Source: an uncultured Chloroflexia bacterium
GTDB taxonomy: Bacteria; Chloroflexota; Limnocylindria; Limnocylindrales; CSP1-4
NCBI GenBank assembly: GCA_963712745.1
Contig: CAVQJC010000005.1
Location: 313,488-377,487 of the forward strand
Direction of reading: 5' to 3'
DNA: 64,000 nucleotides
In this document: positions 30,854-40,685 of the stretch, in pieces
Layout of the letters: each line of letters opens with the position of its first letter
Numbering within the stretch: the first letter of the stretch is position 1
The notes under the pieces: generated by a model
What the model saw: the letters and a program-made list of their open reading frames with translations, nothing else
Told to the model about the DNA's origin: nothing
Databases searched by the model: none
Program-made: the position numbers and the translations under genes

Positions 30854-31066
30854 ATGACCGTCACACAGCGAACCGCAGAGCAGCCGGCCCAGCCGGCCCT
30901 CACCAACCCACCCTTGACGCGGCTGCTCGCCGCCACCCGCCGACGCGCGGCGAGCGTTCGTGCTGCCTACGCACAGATCATCATCCGCGGACAGCTTGGG
31001 CCAGTCGTGGGCCAGCGTGATCACCGTCGACCCGAGCCTCCGTTCTCCGGCCCTCGCTTCTACTGA
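30854..31066 (+). CDS. Small hypothetical protein (70 aa)
   Basis: GGAGA RBS upstream; lies directly upstream of the BTAD regulator. Confidence 0.45.
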   Translation: MTVTQRTAEQPAQPALTNPPLTRLLAATRRRAASVRAAYAQIIIRGQLGPVVGQRDHRRPEPPFSGPRFY

Positions 31067-31107
31067 GCCTTGTGTCAGGGTCCGATCACGGTCAGGATGT
31101 CCAGCCT

Positions 31108-32928
31108 ATGAGTCTCCAGATCGAACTGCTCGGCGCGCCACGTGTGGCCGTGAGCGGCAACGAGTCGGTACCGCCAAGAGGTCGCAAGGCGTGGGCGCTG
31201 CTGGCCTACCTGTTGTTGACCTCGCGGCCGCAGCCACGGGAGCGGCTCGCCACGCTGCTGTTCGATGAGGCCGCAGATCCGCTGGGTGCGTTGCGCTGGA
31301 ACCTGGCGCAACTTCGACGCACGCTCGGCGATCGCGTCGAAGTCGGTGGCGAGCCCCTGACCATCCGCCTGCCGCAGGGCAGCGTCATCGACACCGAAGT
31401 CCTCGCCCATGGCGACTGGACCACGGCAGTCGAGGTCACGGGCCTGGGCCACGAGCTGCTCGAGGGCATCGATCTGCCCGGCAACGCCGCATTCGAGACA
31501 TGGCTGCTGGCCGAGCGCCGCCGTTTCGCCGGCATCAGTGCATCGATCCTGCGCGAGGCGGCGACCGCACGACTTGCGGCAGGTGAGGTGATGCCTGCGG
31601 TGGATCTCGCCTCTCGCCTCGTGGCCATCGAAGATTTCGATGAAGAGGCCCACGCGCTGCTGATCCGCGCCTATGCGGCCTCAGGCGATGTGGAGCGGGC
31701 GCGGCAGCAGTCCGTCAGATCGGCGGCGTATCTGCGAGAAGAGCTCGGCGTCGAGCCCTCCGCGACCCTGGGTCGGGCACTCAGCGGCGCGCTGGCGGCA
31801 CTGGAGCCAGACACCCGAACTGTGCCAAGCGAACGGGGCATCGAGGCACTCATCGAGGCTGGACGTGCAGCCTTCAACGCCGGCGCCACAGATGCCGGCA
31901 TCCAGACGCTTGCGCGGGCTACCGATGAGGCGAGGGCCCTCTCGTCGACGCAGCTCCAGGCCCGCGCCCAACTGGCTCACGGTGTGGCCCTGGTGCACAC
32001 GGGTCGGGGCCGTGATGGCGAGGGTGCGACGATCTTGCACGCGGCGCTGAGCTCTGCCGTTGCCGCAGGAGATGCGCGTATCGCCAGCGAGGCGTCGCGC
32101 GAGCTCGGGTACATCGAGTTCCTGCGAGGTCGCTACGACCGTGCCCAGACATGGCTGGAGCGGGCCATCGAGTCAGCACCCGATGAGATCGAGCGCGCTT
32201 CGGCGCTTGCCATCCTCGGGGCCACCGCATGTGACCGCGGCCGGACGGGCACGGCCATCGAAGCGCTCAGCGAAGCCGCCGCGGTCGGGGCACGAGTACA
32301 GAAGCCACGCATCGAGGCCTGGGCGCGTGCGCTCCTGGGCCGTGCACACCGGCTGCGCGGCGAGCTCGACGAGGCCGCCTCAGAGCTAGACCGTGCCGTC
32401 GAGATCTGCCGTGCCGTGGGCTGGATGTCGTTCCTGGGCATGCCGCAGTCGATGCGCGCGGACGTGCACCTGCTGCGTGGCGAGGTGGGACCAGCATCGG
32501 ACGACTACGAAGCGGCCTTCGCACTCGGTTGCCAGATCGGCGATCCTTGCTGGGAGGGACTCGGTGCACGGGGCATCGGCCTGGTCCACTTCGAACGAGG
32601 GCGCATCGATGAGGGCTTCGAGTGGCTCAGCGATGCCGCTGTGCGCTGCGTGCGCACCACCGATGCCTATCTCTGGATCGAGGCGTTCTGTCTCGACACG
32701 CTCTGTGCTCGCGGCCTGGAACACGGCCGCCGCGAAGTCGCCGACTGGGCCGGACGACTCGAGACCCTCGCGGCGCGCACCGATATGCGCGAGATGCTCG
32801 TGCGCAGCCAGATGCATCGAGCCGCCCTTGGTGTCGTTGATGCTGGGGCGGCGGCACGACTCTTCGCTCGCGATGTCGACAATCCTTCGCTCCTGAGAGA
32901 GCTATCCGGGACGCCAGCGCCCGCGTAG
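31108..32928 (+). CDS. SARP-type (wHTH + BTAD) transcriptional regulator with TPR repeats
   Basis: IELLGAPRV...RKAWALLAYL...RERLATLL; FETWLLAERR; EEAHALLIRAY...LREELGVEPS; helical repeats. Confidence 0.87.
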   Translation: MSLQIELLGAPRVAVSGNESVPPRGRKAWALLAYLLLTSRPQPRERLATLLFDEAADPLGALRWNLAQLRRTLGDRVEVGGEPLTIRLPQGSVIDTEVLAHGDWTTAVEVTGLGHELLEGIDLPGNAAFETWLLAERRRFAGISASILREAATARLAAGEVMPAVDLASRLVAIEDFDEEAHALLIRAYAASGDVERARQQSVRSAAYLREELGVEPSATLGRALSGALAALEPDTRTVPSERGIEALIEAGRAAFNAGATDAGIQTLARATDEARALSSTQLQARAQLAHGVALVHTGRGRDGEGATILHAALSSAVAAGDARIASEASRELGYIEFLRGRYDRAQTWLERAIESAPDEIERASALAILGATACDRGRTGTAIEALSEAAAVGARVQKPRIEAWARALLGRAHRLRGELDEAASELDRAVEICRAVGWMSFLGMPQSMRADVHLLRGEVGPASDDYEAAFALGCQIGDPCWEGLGARGIGLVHFERGRIDEGFEWLSDAAVRCVRTTDAYLWIEAFCLDTLCARGLEHGRREVADWAGRLETLAARTDMREMLVRSQMHRAALGVVDAGAAARLFARDVDNPSLLRELSGTPAPA

Positions 32929-32974
32929 GTGTTGTCCGCCGGTGGCAGTCGATGCCCCGGCCTTCCGACGACGA

Positions 32975-32995
32975 TGACCCCTGAGCTGACCCCTG
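32975..32995 (+). repeat. Upstream arm-like TGACCCCTG pair
   Basis: TGACCCCTG at 32975 and 32987, about 145 nt upstream of copy 6. Confidence 0.75.
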
Positions 32996-33139
32996 TCAGA
33001 AACAGTGGCCGGAGAGCCGCAGGGCTCTGGCGGGGGAGCACAAAGCCGAGACTGGCTCCCGCTGGTGCGGGCTGACGTGTGGGGTTCGACGTGCTTCGAT
33101 ATCGCAGTCGGACGGGGTGCGGGCCCTCGGTCCTCGCGA

Positions 33140-33184
33140 TTCGTAAACAGCAGGTCCTCGGTTCAAGTCCGAGTGTCGGCTCCA
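33140..33184 (+). repeat. tRNA-Thr 3'-half att-like repeat, copy 6
   Basis: TCCTCGCGA-TTCGTAA...TTCAAGT...CTCCA; TGACCCCTG x2 at 33243 and 33255. Confidence 0.93.
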
Positions 33185-33337
33185 CTTCCCACCGCGTGAA
33201 TCGGCACGTTCCGGGCTGTCCATGGCCAGAAACAGCAGGGCCTGACCCCTGATGTGACCCCTGCCCGACCCGTCGATCCGGGTGCGATCTCGACGGGTCG
33301 GGAGCCGACGCTGCCCGCCAAGATCTCGTCTTCCGCC

Positions 33338-33366
33338 TTGACCGCGATATGTTTCACATCTATGGT
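33338..33366 (+). promoter_or_regulatory. Promoter with an inverted repeat in the spacer (likely autoregulated)
   Basis: TTGACC-N17-TATGGT; spacer holds the imperfect palindrome GATATGTTTCACATC; ATG about 10 nt downstream. Confidence 0.6.
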
Positions 33367-33376
33367 TGTTAGTGAC

Positions 33377-34111
33377 ATGGTTGTGCAACTGGATGACGGG
33401 TCGGCGATCGTCGGCGTAGGCCAAGCCGCGCACATGCTCAGCCTGCGCCCGAGGTCGGTGCTTCGTCTCATCAACGACGGCGAGTTGCCCGCCCAAAAGG
33501 AGTTCGGGCGCTGGCGCATCCTGCGTGCCGATGTCGAGATCCGTCGTGAGCTCGGCGCCCACGATGGCCGGCGATATGCGCCAGCCGCAGCTTGGGGTCT
33601 CATCTTCCTCGGGAGCGGAGGGCAGGCCCCGTGGCTCGATCGCATCTCCCGATGGCGCATCCGGAAGCAGCTCGCCTCACGACCATGGCCGGGACTGCGG
33701 CACGCCCTGGCTGATCGTGCCTCCCTGAGCCGCTATGCAGCACACCCCAATTCGGTCGCGCGTCTGCGTGACGAGCCGGACCTGATGCATTCCGGCCTCG
33801 GGGCGGCCGAGGCGTCCGGCGTCGGCGTGATCGGCGCCGGCGACCGGTTCGCGGCATACGTGCCCGACGAGCACCTGCCCGACATCATCGGCCGGAATCA
33901 TCTGCGCCAAGACCCGGCCGGGCTGGTAGCCCTCCGAACGGTCCTGCCCGAAGCCCTTCCGAAGCCACTGCCGCCGGTGGCGCCGCAGGTGGCTATCGCG
34001 CTCGACCTGCTCGAAGACCACGAGCCACGGGCCAGGCAGGTCGGACGCGAACTCCTGGCCATGCTCGAGTCGGAGTACCGGGCGGGTGTCGATGGCCCTG
34101 CCCGTGGATGA
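33377..34111 (+). CDS. Excisionase-like HTH (HTH_17) fused to a putative AbiEi-like antitoxin domain
   Basis: VGQAAHMLSLRPRSVLRLINDGELPAQKEFGRWRI; C-terminal QVAIALDLLEDHEPRARQ. Confidence 0.65.
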   Translation: MVVQLDDGSAIVGVGQAAHMLSLRPRSVLRLINDGELPAQKEFGRWRILRADVEIRRELGAHDGRRYAPAAAWGLIFLGSGGQAPWLDRISRWRIRKQLASRPWPGLRHALADRASLSRYAAHPNSVARLRDEPDLMHSGLGAAEASGVGVIGAGDRFAAYVPDEHLPDIIGRNHLRQDPAGLVALRTVLPEALPKPLPPVAPQVAIALDLLEDHEPRARQVGRELLAMLESEYRAGVDGPARG

Positions 34112-34831
34112 CACGCCGATGCTGGAGATCGAGTCATGGAGCGATGCCGAGGCGCAGCTCTGGGTGACGCTTCGCGAGGTCTGCGAGCTCTTCAGCGGGC
34201 TCCCATGGGTCCTCGTCGGCGGCCTGATAGTGCGTCTCCTCGAGGCCGAGCACGGGCGCGAGACCCAATTCGCGACGATGGACGTCGACGCCATCATCGA
34301 CGTTCGAGCGATGACCTTGGGCAAGCGAGAGGCCGCCCAGCGGCTCCTCGACCATGGTTTCCAACCCGAACGGCCGGACGGCAAGACCGTCTACGGCTCA
34401 CGCGGGCCGGCGACATCGTCGATGTCCTCCCGCCCGATGGGCTCGGATCGAGAGCAGACATCGTGACGGTCCCACCAGCGTCCACTTTCCGGACGGTCGG
34501 GGGGTCGAGAGCGCTACGGGGTCGACGGCGACTCGCGGTGTCGGTCGACACCAAGCAGTTCGAGGTCCCGGTCCCAGACCTCGCCGGGGCGATCGTCATC
34601 AAGGCGCGGGCCGCGACGAGCGCGACGACGAGCGCAACGAAACACGAGCGCGACCTTGCCCGACTGCTCACGCTCGTCGATCATCCGTACGAGATGCGCG
34701 ACTCCATGTCCGGAAAGGAGCGCGGCTACGTGCGGCGGCATCACGCACTCTCCGACCCTTGTCACGCCGCGTGGTCACAAGTGGCGGACGCGGACCTTGG
34801 CTCACAGGGCCTCGCCGTCATCTGCGGCTGA
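34092..34831 (+). CDS. Putative nucleotidyltransferase (AbiEii-like toxin), frameshifted near 34395
   Basis: WVLVGGL...ATMDVD NTase motif in ORF 34086-34466; continues as DIVDVL...AIVIKARA...KHERDLARLL in ORF 34136-34831. Confidence 0.65.
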
Positions 34832-34978
34832 CTTCGACGTAGGCGGCCGATGATGGCGATCGACCCGGAGCAGCCACGCGTCAGCATCCGGGGTGGTGTT
34901 TGCGACGGATCGATGGGAGTGTTTGCGGAAGCTTCACAGGTCTAGCCGCGACGAGTAGCACGCGGCGAAACCAGCCTT

Positions 34979-35023
34979 TTCGTCAACAGCAGGTCCTCGG
35001 TTCGGATCCGAGTGTCGGCTCCA
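34979..35023 (+). repeat. tRNA-Thr 3'-half att-like repeat, copy 7
   Basis: About 2 mismatches; conserved CTCCCC...CCCGTTTCGGGCTG; TGACCCCTG at 35081. Confidence 0.9.
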
Positions 35024-35299
35024 CTCCCCGAGCATGAAGTGGCCCGTTTCGGGCTGCCTGCAAGCGGAAACGGCAGGGCCTGACCCCTGCGCGGCCAACC
35101 GCCAATCAGGCCGAGCCTATGAGTCGTGGCGGGCCTGGATCAACGAGTCGGGGCCGGTCTGGAGCGAGGTCGCAGGTGACATGCCTGTCCCCTGCCATTG
35201 ACCGCGAAGCTGACTGGTCTCGATCGAAGTCAGGGCGGTGCGGCACGCCGCGCCCCGGTCCCAGAGAGGCGGTCCTCCTACAGCAGGATCGTCGTCGGG

Positions 35300-35500
35300 C
35301 TAGTCGAAGTCGAAGATGCCCCGCCCGGCGGAGAACTGGAGCACAAGCCCACAACGCTGGCAGATCTTCATGACGACCTTGTGGCTCGTGATGCCCCAGC
35401 GCGAATCAAGACGGCCCCGCTGCGTGTCGAACTCCGTGCCCTGGCACAGCGGACAGCGCAGCACCGGCCTGGATCGCTCATCAGCCTGCTCCCAGGTCAT
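35300..35500 (-). CDS. Small zinc-ribbon protein (66 aa)
   Basis: CPLC...CQRCG; GGAGAGGA RBS. Confidence 0.65.
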   Translation of the reverse strand: MTWEQADERSRPVLRCPLCQGTEFDTQRGRLDSRWGITSHKVVMKICQRCGLVLQFSAGRGIFDFD

Positions 35501-35783
35501 CGTCCTCTCCCTCCCTGCCAGTCGCTCGACACCATCCGGCGGCCATGGTCGGCGCGCGGTTCGCCATGGCCTCTCGCCGCCCAGCAGAGTGCCTGATACA
35601 ACGAGCGACGTGCAAGAGGTTGGAGTCACCCCAGTCACGATCCGGTGATGCTGCGGACTCCGAACGTGCCGGGCGTTTTCACCTCTCGTAGGACGGGCGA
35701 GAGAGGCGTGGTTCCCGGCGCCGAGCTCGACGCCAGCGGTCTTGCTCCGGGCACCACTGTCCGCCTCGTGGGCGGCTGCCCGG

Positions 35784-36152
35784 TCAGGCGAGGCTAACGA
35801 GCGTGCGGCGCCCGATGGCATCGACGATGCTGACCTGCTGGACGTCACCGGCCTCGTCGCGATGCTGTCGGATGGTTCGAGGCTCGGCGATGACGTAGCT
35901 CACCGGCACCGCGCCCGACCCGTACTTGATGGTGAGGATCTGGCTCCTGCCGAACGTCTCGTATGCGACAGCGACCAGACGCTGGCCCTCCGCGAGGCGC
36001 ACCTCCCCGGGCGTCCGGTCGGCCTGGCGCAGCACCAGCTCGCGCCCACCGTGCTCTGCCGTGGCCTTGGCGCACCAGGCGGGCCACTCCTCGCGTGGCA
36101 CCTCGGTGATGTGGCCCTGGTCCTCTGCCGTCGTGTCTCGCTTGTCGGTCAT
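35784..36152 (-). CDS. DUF5335-like hypothetical protein
   Basis: TEVPREEWPAW...TAEHGGRELVL...IAEPRTI pattern. Confidence 0.55.
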   Translation of the reverse strand: MTDKRDTTAEDQGHITEVPREEWPAWCAKATAEHGGRELVLRQADRTPGEVRLAEGQRLVAVAYETFGRSQILTIKYGSGAVPVSYVIAEPRTIRQHRDEAGDVQQVSIVDAIGRRTLVSLA

Positions 36153-36391
36153 GGCGTGCTCACTTCCCTGCTGGCTGACTGCCTACTAGGCTACCCGGCG
36201 TGACCGAATCGCTGGTGCGCTCCGTCCTCTCTGAGTCATCCGATGCGGCCGGGACCCCTCGCGCTGACGAGATGGTGGCAGGACCCGTTCCGGAGGATCA
36301 GCTTGCGTTCGTGGCGGTGAGCTCGATCAGTCTTCAGCTTCCCAACTCGCCACCATGTCCTCATGTTGCGGTTGCCCGTGTCGTCGCCTGT

Positions 36392-38632
36392 CTAGCTGCT
36401 CCCGAACACCTCGTCCCCGGCGACCTCGGCCAAGGGCTGGCCGCTGGCGTCGTAGCGGCGCATGACGACGCGGTCGAGATCCACCTCGAAGGCCGCGTCG
36501 TATGGCCAGGCACTGACCCAGACTCCGGCGTCGCTCGCCGCCTCCACCCGGGCATAGCAGTCCCCGGCCACATCGGTGCAGGAATCGACGTCGAGCGACG
36601 TCCACCCATCGAAGGGGGCGTAGCGGACGAAGTCGGCACCGCCGTCGAGCAGTCCACTCATCCAGACGCCGTCGGACACGGGCCAGACGCGCCCGACGGC
36701 GGTCGCCCCATCAGGTGTCGCGACGCGTCCGATGATCGCGCCCGATGCCGGGTCGAACACGAGGACGTCGCGACCGGCGAGCTCGTCGTACAGCGCGACG
36801 TTCCCCTCATGGCCGGCGGCGAGCCGCAGGCGAGGTGTGACGTAGGTGCCCGGCTTGGTGCGCGGCAGCGCCGCATCCACCTCGAGCTCCCGCGGGGTCT
36901 TCCGGCCCGGTTCGACGATGCCCAACCGCAGGGGACGTCGTGCATCCGCCTTGGCGCCCTTCTTCGAGTAGAGGACCACGAGGCCGGATTCTGTCGGGGC
37001 CATCGCGACCACCCGCGGGAAGACCTGCGTCAAACCGCCGGTCCAGCGGTCGAGGCGGGCCAGTGACCAATCGTCGTAGTACTCGAGGGTCGCTTCGGGA
37101 GTCTTCTTCCAGGTGAGAGCCCAGAGATCCTCGCCCTGGGTCGCAGCGGCGTTGATGAAGGTGGGCTTGCGTCCCGTCGGCACCGGATAGGCCTCGAGCT
37201 CAGTCGGGCCCTCGAGTGGGAGACGGATGAAGCACTCGAGCACGGGGGTCTCCCATTGCGCGTCCGCGACCGTGAGCCAGGCGGCCTCGCCGTCCGTCTG
37301 GACGTAGGGTTGGCCGCCATGTGCTGCCGGACAGTCCGGATGCGAGACGTCCCAGCGGTCCAGGACCGCTCCGGTGAGATGACTCACTCGCGTCACTGTG
37401 TCGTCTTCGTAGAACCAGAGGTCTCGGGCCGCGTCTTGCACAGGGGGTTCCGGAATCGGCTTGTGCTCCACGGGTGTGGGCTGCACGGGCGTGGGCGCAC
37501 GTGTCGTTTCCGTGGGTGTGGGTGTCGGTGTGGCTTCGACGGGTGCAGGTGTCGGCGGCTCGGGTACGGCAGTGGCGGGAGTCCTGTCCTCGTCGACCTC
37601 CTCGACCGCATCCGCGGGCAGCCGCGACAGTCGCACCTTGTCGAGCAGCACGCCTATGTTGTCGCCGCCGTGCTGCTGGAACGACAGCCTGGCCTCGATA
37701 TCTCGGTCCACCTCGATGTCGCGGACCACATGCTCGAAGCCGGTCATGTCGGGGCCATGGGGCATGCTGAATTCCCCGGTGAAGAGCTCACCCAGCGCCA
37801 CCGTGACCGTTCCAGGCCCGGCGTAGGGATGGCCCGCAAGGTCGAACTCGAGCCGATACCGGCCTGGCGCGAGAGCGATCGCCTCTCTCGACACGAGCGT
37901 ACCGCCGGCGTTGCGGCTGCCGTCGAGGTCGAGGAAGAGCCCGGGGTCCGGATGGAAGTCGTAGTACTCGTTGCCAAGGAGGTCGACCGTGCCTGACTCC
38001 ACGGTCCAGTTCGCGAAGCCGCCGTAGTCGAGCATTCCCGTTTCGTCGTTCTCGTGGTCGAAGTCGTCTTCGAAGAGAACCGACGCTTCGGTGGTTGCCT
38101 CGATGCTGGGCCGCTCGTCTGGTTCGGGGTTCGCAACCACGAAGGTTGGCGGCACCAGCTCAGGCGCAACCGACCGCAACTGGCCCAACAGCTCATCGTC
38201 GAGGTCTTCCAGTCGGAACTCGGCTACCGGTCCGAACGATGTCTCGGCATCGAGAGTCACGGTCTGACCGACCAGGATCTCGGCCATGCCCTCGGAGGCC
38301 CGATCGTAGGCTTCGACCCCCCCTTCGATGGTGTAGATGTCGACGCTGTCTTCAACGTCGGCCAAGACCACGGAGTGCATGACGAGATCCACGCCCGCCA
38401 TGTCCTCGGCGCCCATGAAGGCAAACAAGAGGCCGGCTCCGGCTTGGCCTACGCCCCAATGCTGCGCTGAGTCGTCATCGGACGTGGCGACAGTCGGCGT
38501 TGGTGTTGGACCCACCGACGCGATGAGAGCGGTGACGATCAACACGACGACCACGCGGGACCTGCAGGTTCTCTGCGCCGCTGCGATCCAGATCGTCGGA
38601 GCGAGCAGTGCCACGATGACCACCCCTGCCAT
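36392..38632 (-). CDS. Large membrane-anchored/secreted protein with a carbohydrate-binding-like domain, Pro/Thr linker and C-terminal beta-rich domain
   Basis: N-terminal hydrophobic helices; NWTVESGTVDL...LDLDGS..GG...YRLEFDLAG...DNIGVLLDKV; PTPAPVEATPTPTP linker; start uncertain. Confidence 0.6.
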   Translation of the reverse strand: MAGVVIVALLAPTIWIAAAQRTCRSRVVVVLIVTALIASVGPTPTPTVATSDDDSAQHWGVGQAGAGLLFAFMGAEDMAGVDLVMHSVVLADVEDSVDIYTIEGGVEAYDRASEGMAEILVGQTVTLDAETSFGPVAEFRLEDLDDELLGQLRSVAPELVPPTFVVANPEPDERPSIEATTEASVLFEDDFDHENDETGMLDYGGFANWTVESGTVDLLGNEYYDFHPDPGLFLDLDGSRNAGGTLVSREAIALAPGRYRLEFDLAGHPYAGPGTVTVALGELFTGEFSMPHGPDMTGFEHVVRDIEVDRDIEARLSFQQHGGDNIGVLLDKVRLSRLPADAVEEVDEDRTPATAVPEPPTPAPVEATPTPTPTETTRAPTPVQPTPVEHKPIPEPPVQDAARDLWFYEDDTVTRVSHLTGAVLDRWDVSHPDCPAAHGGQPYVQTDGEAAWLTVADAQWETPVLECFIRLPLEGPTELEAYPVPTGRKPTFINAAATQGEDLWALTWKKTPEATLEYYDDWSLARLDRWTGGLTQVFPRVVAMAPTESGLVVLYSKKGAKADARRPLRLGIVEPGRKTPRELEVDAALPRTKPGTYVTPRLRLAAGHEGNVALYDELAGRDVLVFDPASGAIIGRVATPDGATAVGRVWPVSDGVWMSGLLDGGADFVRYAPFDGWTSLDVDSCTDVAGDCYARVEAASDAGVWVSAWPYDAAFEVDLDRVVMRRYDASGQPLAEVAGDEVFGSS

Positions 38633-39240
38633 GAACCGCAGCAACGTACCCACGACCTGGTCCCCCCGTCTGCGGGCGAGGCTCAGCCGCCCGCGCGGAT
38701 GCTGGCGCATCGCTGCCAAGACGCACAAGTGCCGGCCGACCCAATTCGGCACGCTCGGTCCATCAGAACCCCGACTCACTCGTCCAGGCAAGGCCGCTTC
38801 CTCGGCCTCGACCGCGACGACCCGCGTCTCAGGCGCGAGTTCGGGTCTTGGCGCGGCGGGACGACCCGCCACGGTTCTCCCATCGCGTGGGGCTCCCCCT
38901 CGGCCACATCATCCTGCCTGTGGCGACCAGACAGAACCTCAACGTTGGCAGCGACGATCTCGGTGCGGTAGTGCTTCTGGCCGCGGTTGGGCAAGCGGCC
39001 ATGTTGCGCCGCGCGGAATCCCAGGGAGCTGGTCCTCTGCGGGACTCGAAGCAGCCGAGGACGAGACCTTGGGTGACGAGCTCAGCCATGCCGTGGCGTC
39101 CCCAACGGCGAGAATCGCGAGGTCACCGAGGACACTCAGGTCACCGTCGGGAACCGAGTAGCCGATGGCGACGACATCGCCGTCCCCTGTCTGCGCCAGC
39201 GCGACGAAATGTGATGTCGCATGTGTGCTACGGTTGTCGC

Positions 39241-39492
39241 ATGGTCGAAGTCGCATCTCGTGAACTGCGCAACCGGACGCGCGTCCTGCTCGATCGCGTC
39301 GCGGCTGGTGAGCACATCACGATCACCGTCGACGGCAGGCCGGTCGCAAGGCTCGTCCCGCCGGAGCCCCGCCCACGCTGGATGACGCGGGAGGTCTTCG
39401 TTGCCCGTGTCCTCGGTCATCAGGCCGATCCAGGGCTGGCGGCAGACCTCGCCGACCTGGCGCCCGGCACGACCGCCGACTTGCCGTTGTGA
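39241..39492 (+). CDS. vapB: Phd/YefM family antitoxin
   Basis: EVASRELRNRT..LLDRVAAGEHITITVDGRPVARLVP. Confidence 0.88.
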   Translation: MVEVASRELRNRTRVLLDRVAAGEHITITVDGRPVARLVPPEPRPRWMTREVFVARVLGHQADPGLAADLADLAPGTTADLPL

Positions 39493-39878
39493 CCGAACGG
39501 GGGCTCGCCGACACATCGGTGTTCATCGCTCGCGAAGCACGACGCACGGTCGATATCGAGGCGATGCCCGAGCGCCTGGCTGTCTCCGTGATCACGATCG
39601 GGGAACTACGCGCCGGCGTCCTGGCGGCCACCGATGCGGTCACCCGCGATCGTCGCCTCGATACGCTCACCGCGGCCCTGTCACTCGAGCCCATCCCGAT
39701 CGATGTCGAGGTCGCGAACGCCTGGTCTCGGCTGCGACTCGCATTGCGGGACGCGGACCTGCGGATGCCGGTGAACGATTCGTGGATCGCGGCCACCGCG
39801 ATGGCCCTGGATGTGCCGATCGTGACCCAGGATGACGACTTCCCGACGCTCGCGGGACTCGACGTCATCAACGTCTAG
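39489..39878 (+). CDS. vapC: PIN-domain toxin
   Basis: LADTSVFI, SVITIGEL, NDSWIAATA, VTQDDDF; GTGA overlap with the antitoxin. Confidence 0.92.
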   Translation: MTERGLADTSVFIAREARRTVDIEAMPERLAVSVITIGELRAGVLAATDAVTRDRRLDTLTAALSLEPIPIDVEVANAWSRLRLALRDADLRMPVNDSWIAATAMALDVPIVTQDDDFPTLAGLDVINV

Positions 39879-39932
39879 ATACCTCTCAGGCACGACGTGG
39901 GCTCGGACGGACAAGGCCTTGCGTCCTCGCGA

Positions 39933-39977
39933 TCCGTAGACAGCAGGTCCCCGGGACAGATCCGAGTGTCGGCTCCA
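39933..39977 (+). repeat. Degenerate tRNA-Thr 3'-half repeat, copy 8
   Basis: TCCTCGCGA-TCCGTAGACAGCAGGTCCCCGGGACAGATCCGAGTGTCGGCTCCA-CTCCCCAAGCG. Confidence 0.88.
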
Positions 39978-40133
39978 CTCCCCAAGCGTCAAGGCAGCCC
40001 GCTTCGGGCCGCGCGGTTGTGGACGCACCGGCCTGGCCCCAGCGGACCTCGCCCCGCACCCCATGCCACCGGCGTCCTCTGCAATGGTTCAGCATCGCCT
40101 CCTGGTTCGCGCTGCCCGGGCGCGAGGAGTGAG

Positions 40134-40685
40134 TCATCCCGTGGCGCTCGGCTCCCCCGACGCGCCCTTGCCTGCCAAGGAGCGAGTCAGCCTGGTCTCC
40201 CGCTCTCCGTACTCCGGCTCCACTCGGCTGGTCCCATCGGGGCGCCAGCCCAGGCGCTCATAGAAGGCTCGACCGCGCACATTGGCCTCGAAGACCCATA
40301 GGCTCGCCTCGGAGAAACCGAGCGACTCGAGGCGATCGATGGCTGCGGATATCAAGCGGACTCCGATCCCTTGCCCCTGTGCCTCGGGATGCACGTACAG
40401 GCTGTAGATATGTCCGGTTCGAGGGCGATCGGGATCCTCGCCCATCGTCACCACGCCCACGATCGCGTGACCAGGAAGCTCAGCCACGACGACCTCGCGA
40501 CTGTCGGTTGCGCCGGTGAATGATCGCTGCCACAGGTCCCGCGCGCTGATCGGGTCGTACTGCTCTACCACACGATCGGGCAGCACACCACGGTAGGACT
40601 GCCGCCAGCATGCCAGGAACAGAGCAGCGACCTCCTCAAGATCGCCTGCGGAGGCACCTCGGAGCGAGACGTCGACCGTGCTCAC
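40134..40685 (-). CDS. GNAT family N-acetyltransferase
   Basis: LYVHPEAQGQGIG...LWVFEANVRGRAFYERLGW. Confidence 0.88.
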   Translation of the reverse strand: MSTVDVSLRGASAGDLEEVAALFLACWRQSYRGVLPDRVVEQYDPISARDLWQRSFTGATDSREVVVAELPGHAIVGVVTMGEDPDRPRTGHIYSLYVHPEAQGQGIGVRLISAAIDRLESLGFSEASLWVFEANVRGRAFYERLGWRPDGTSRVEPEYGERETRLTRSLAGKGASGEPSATG

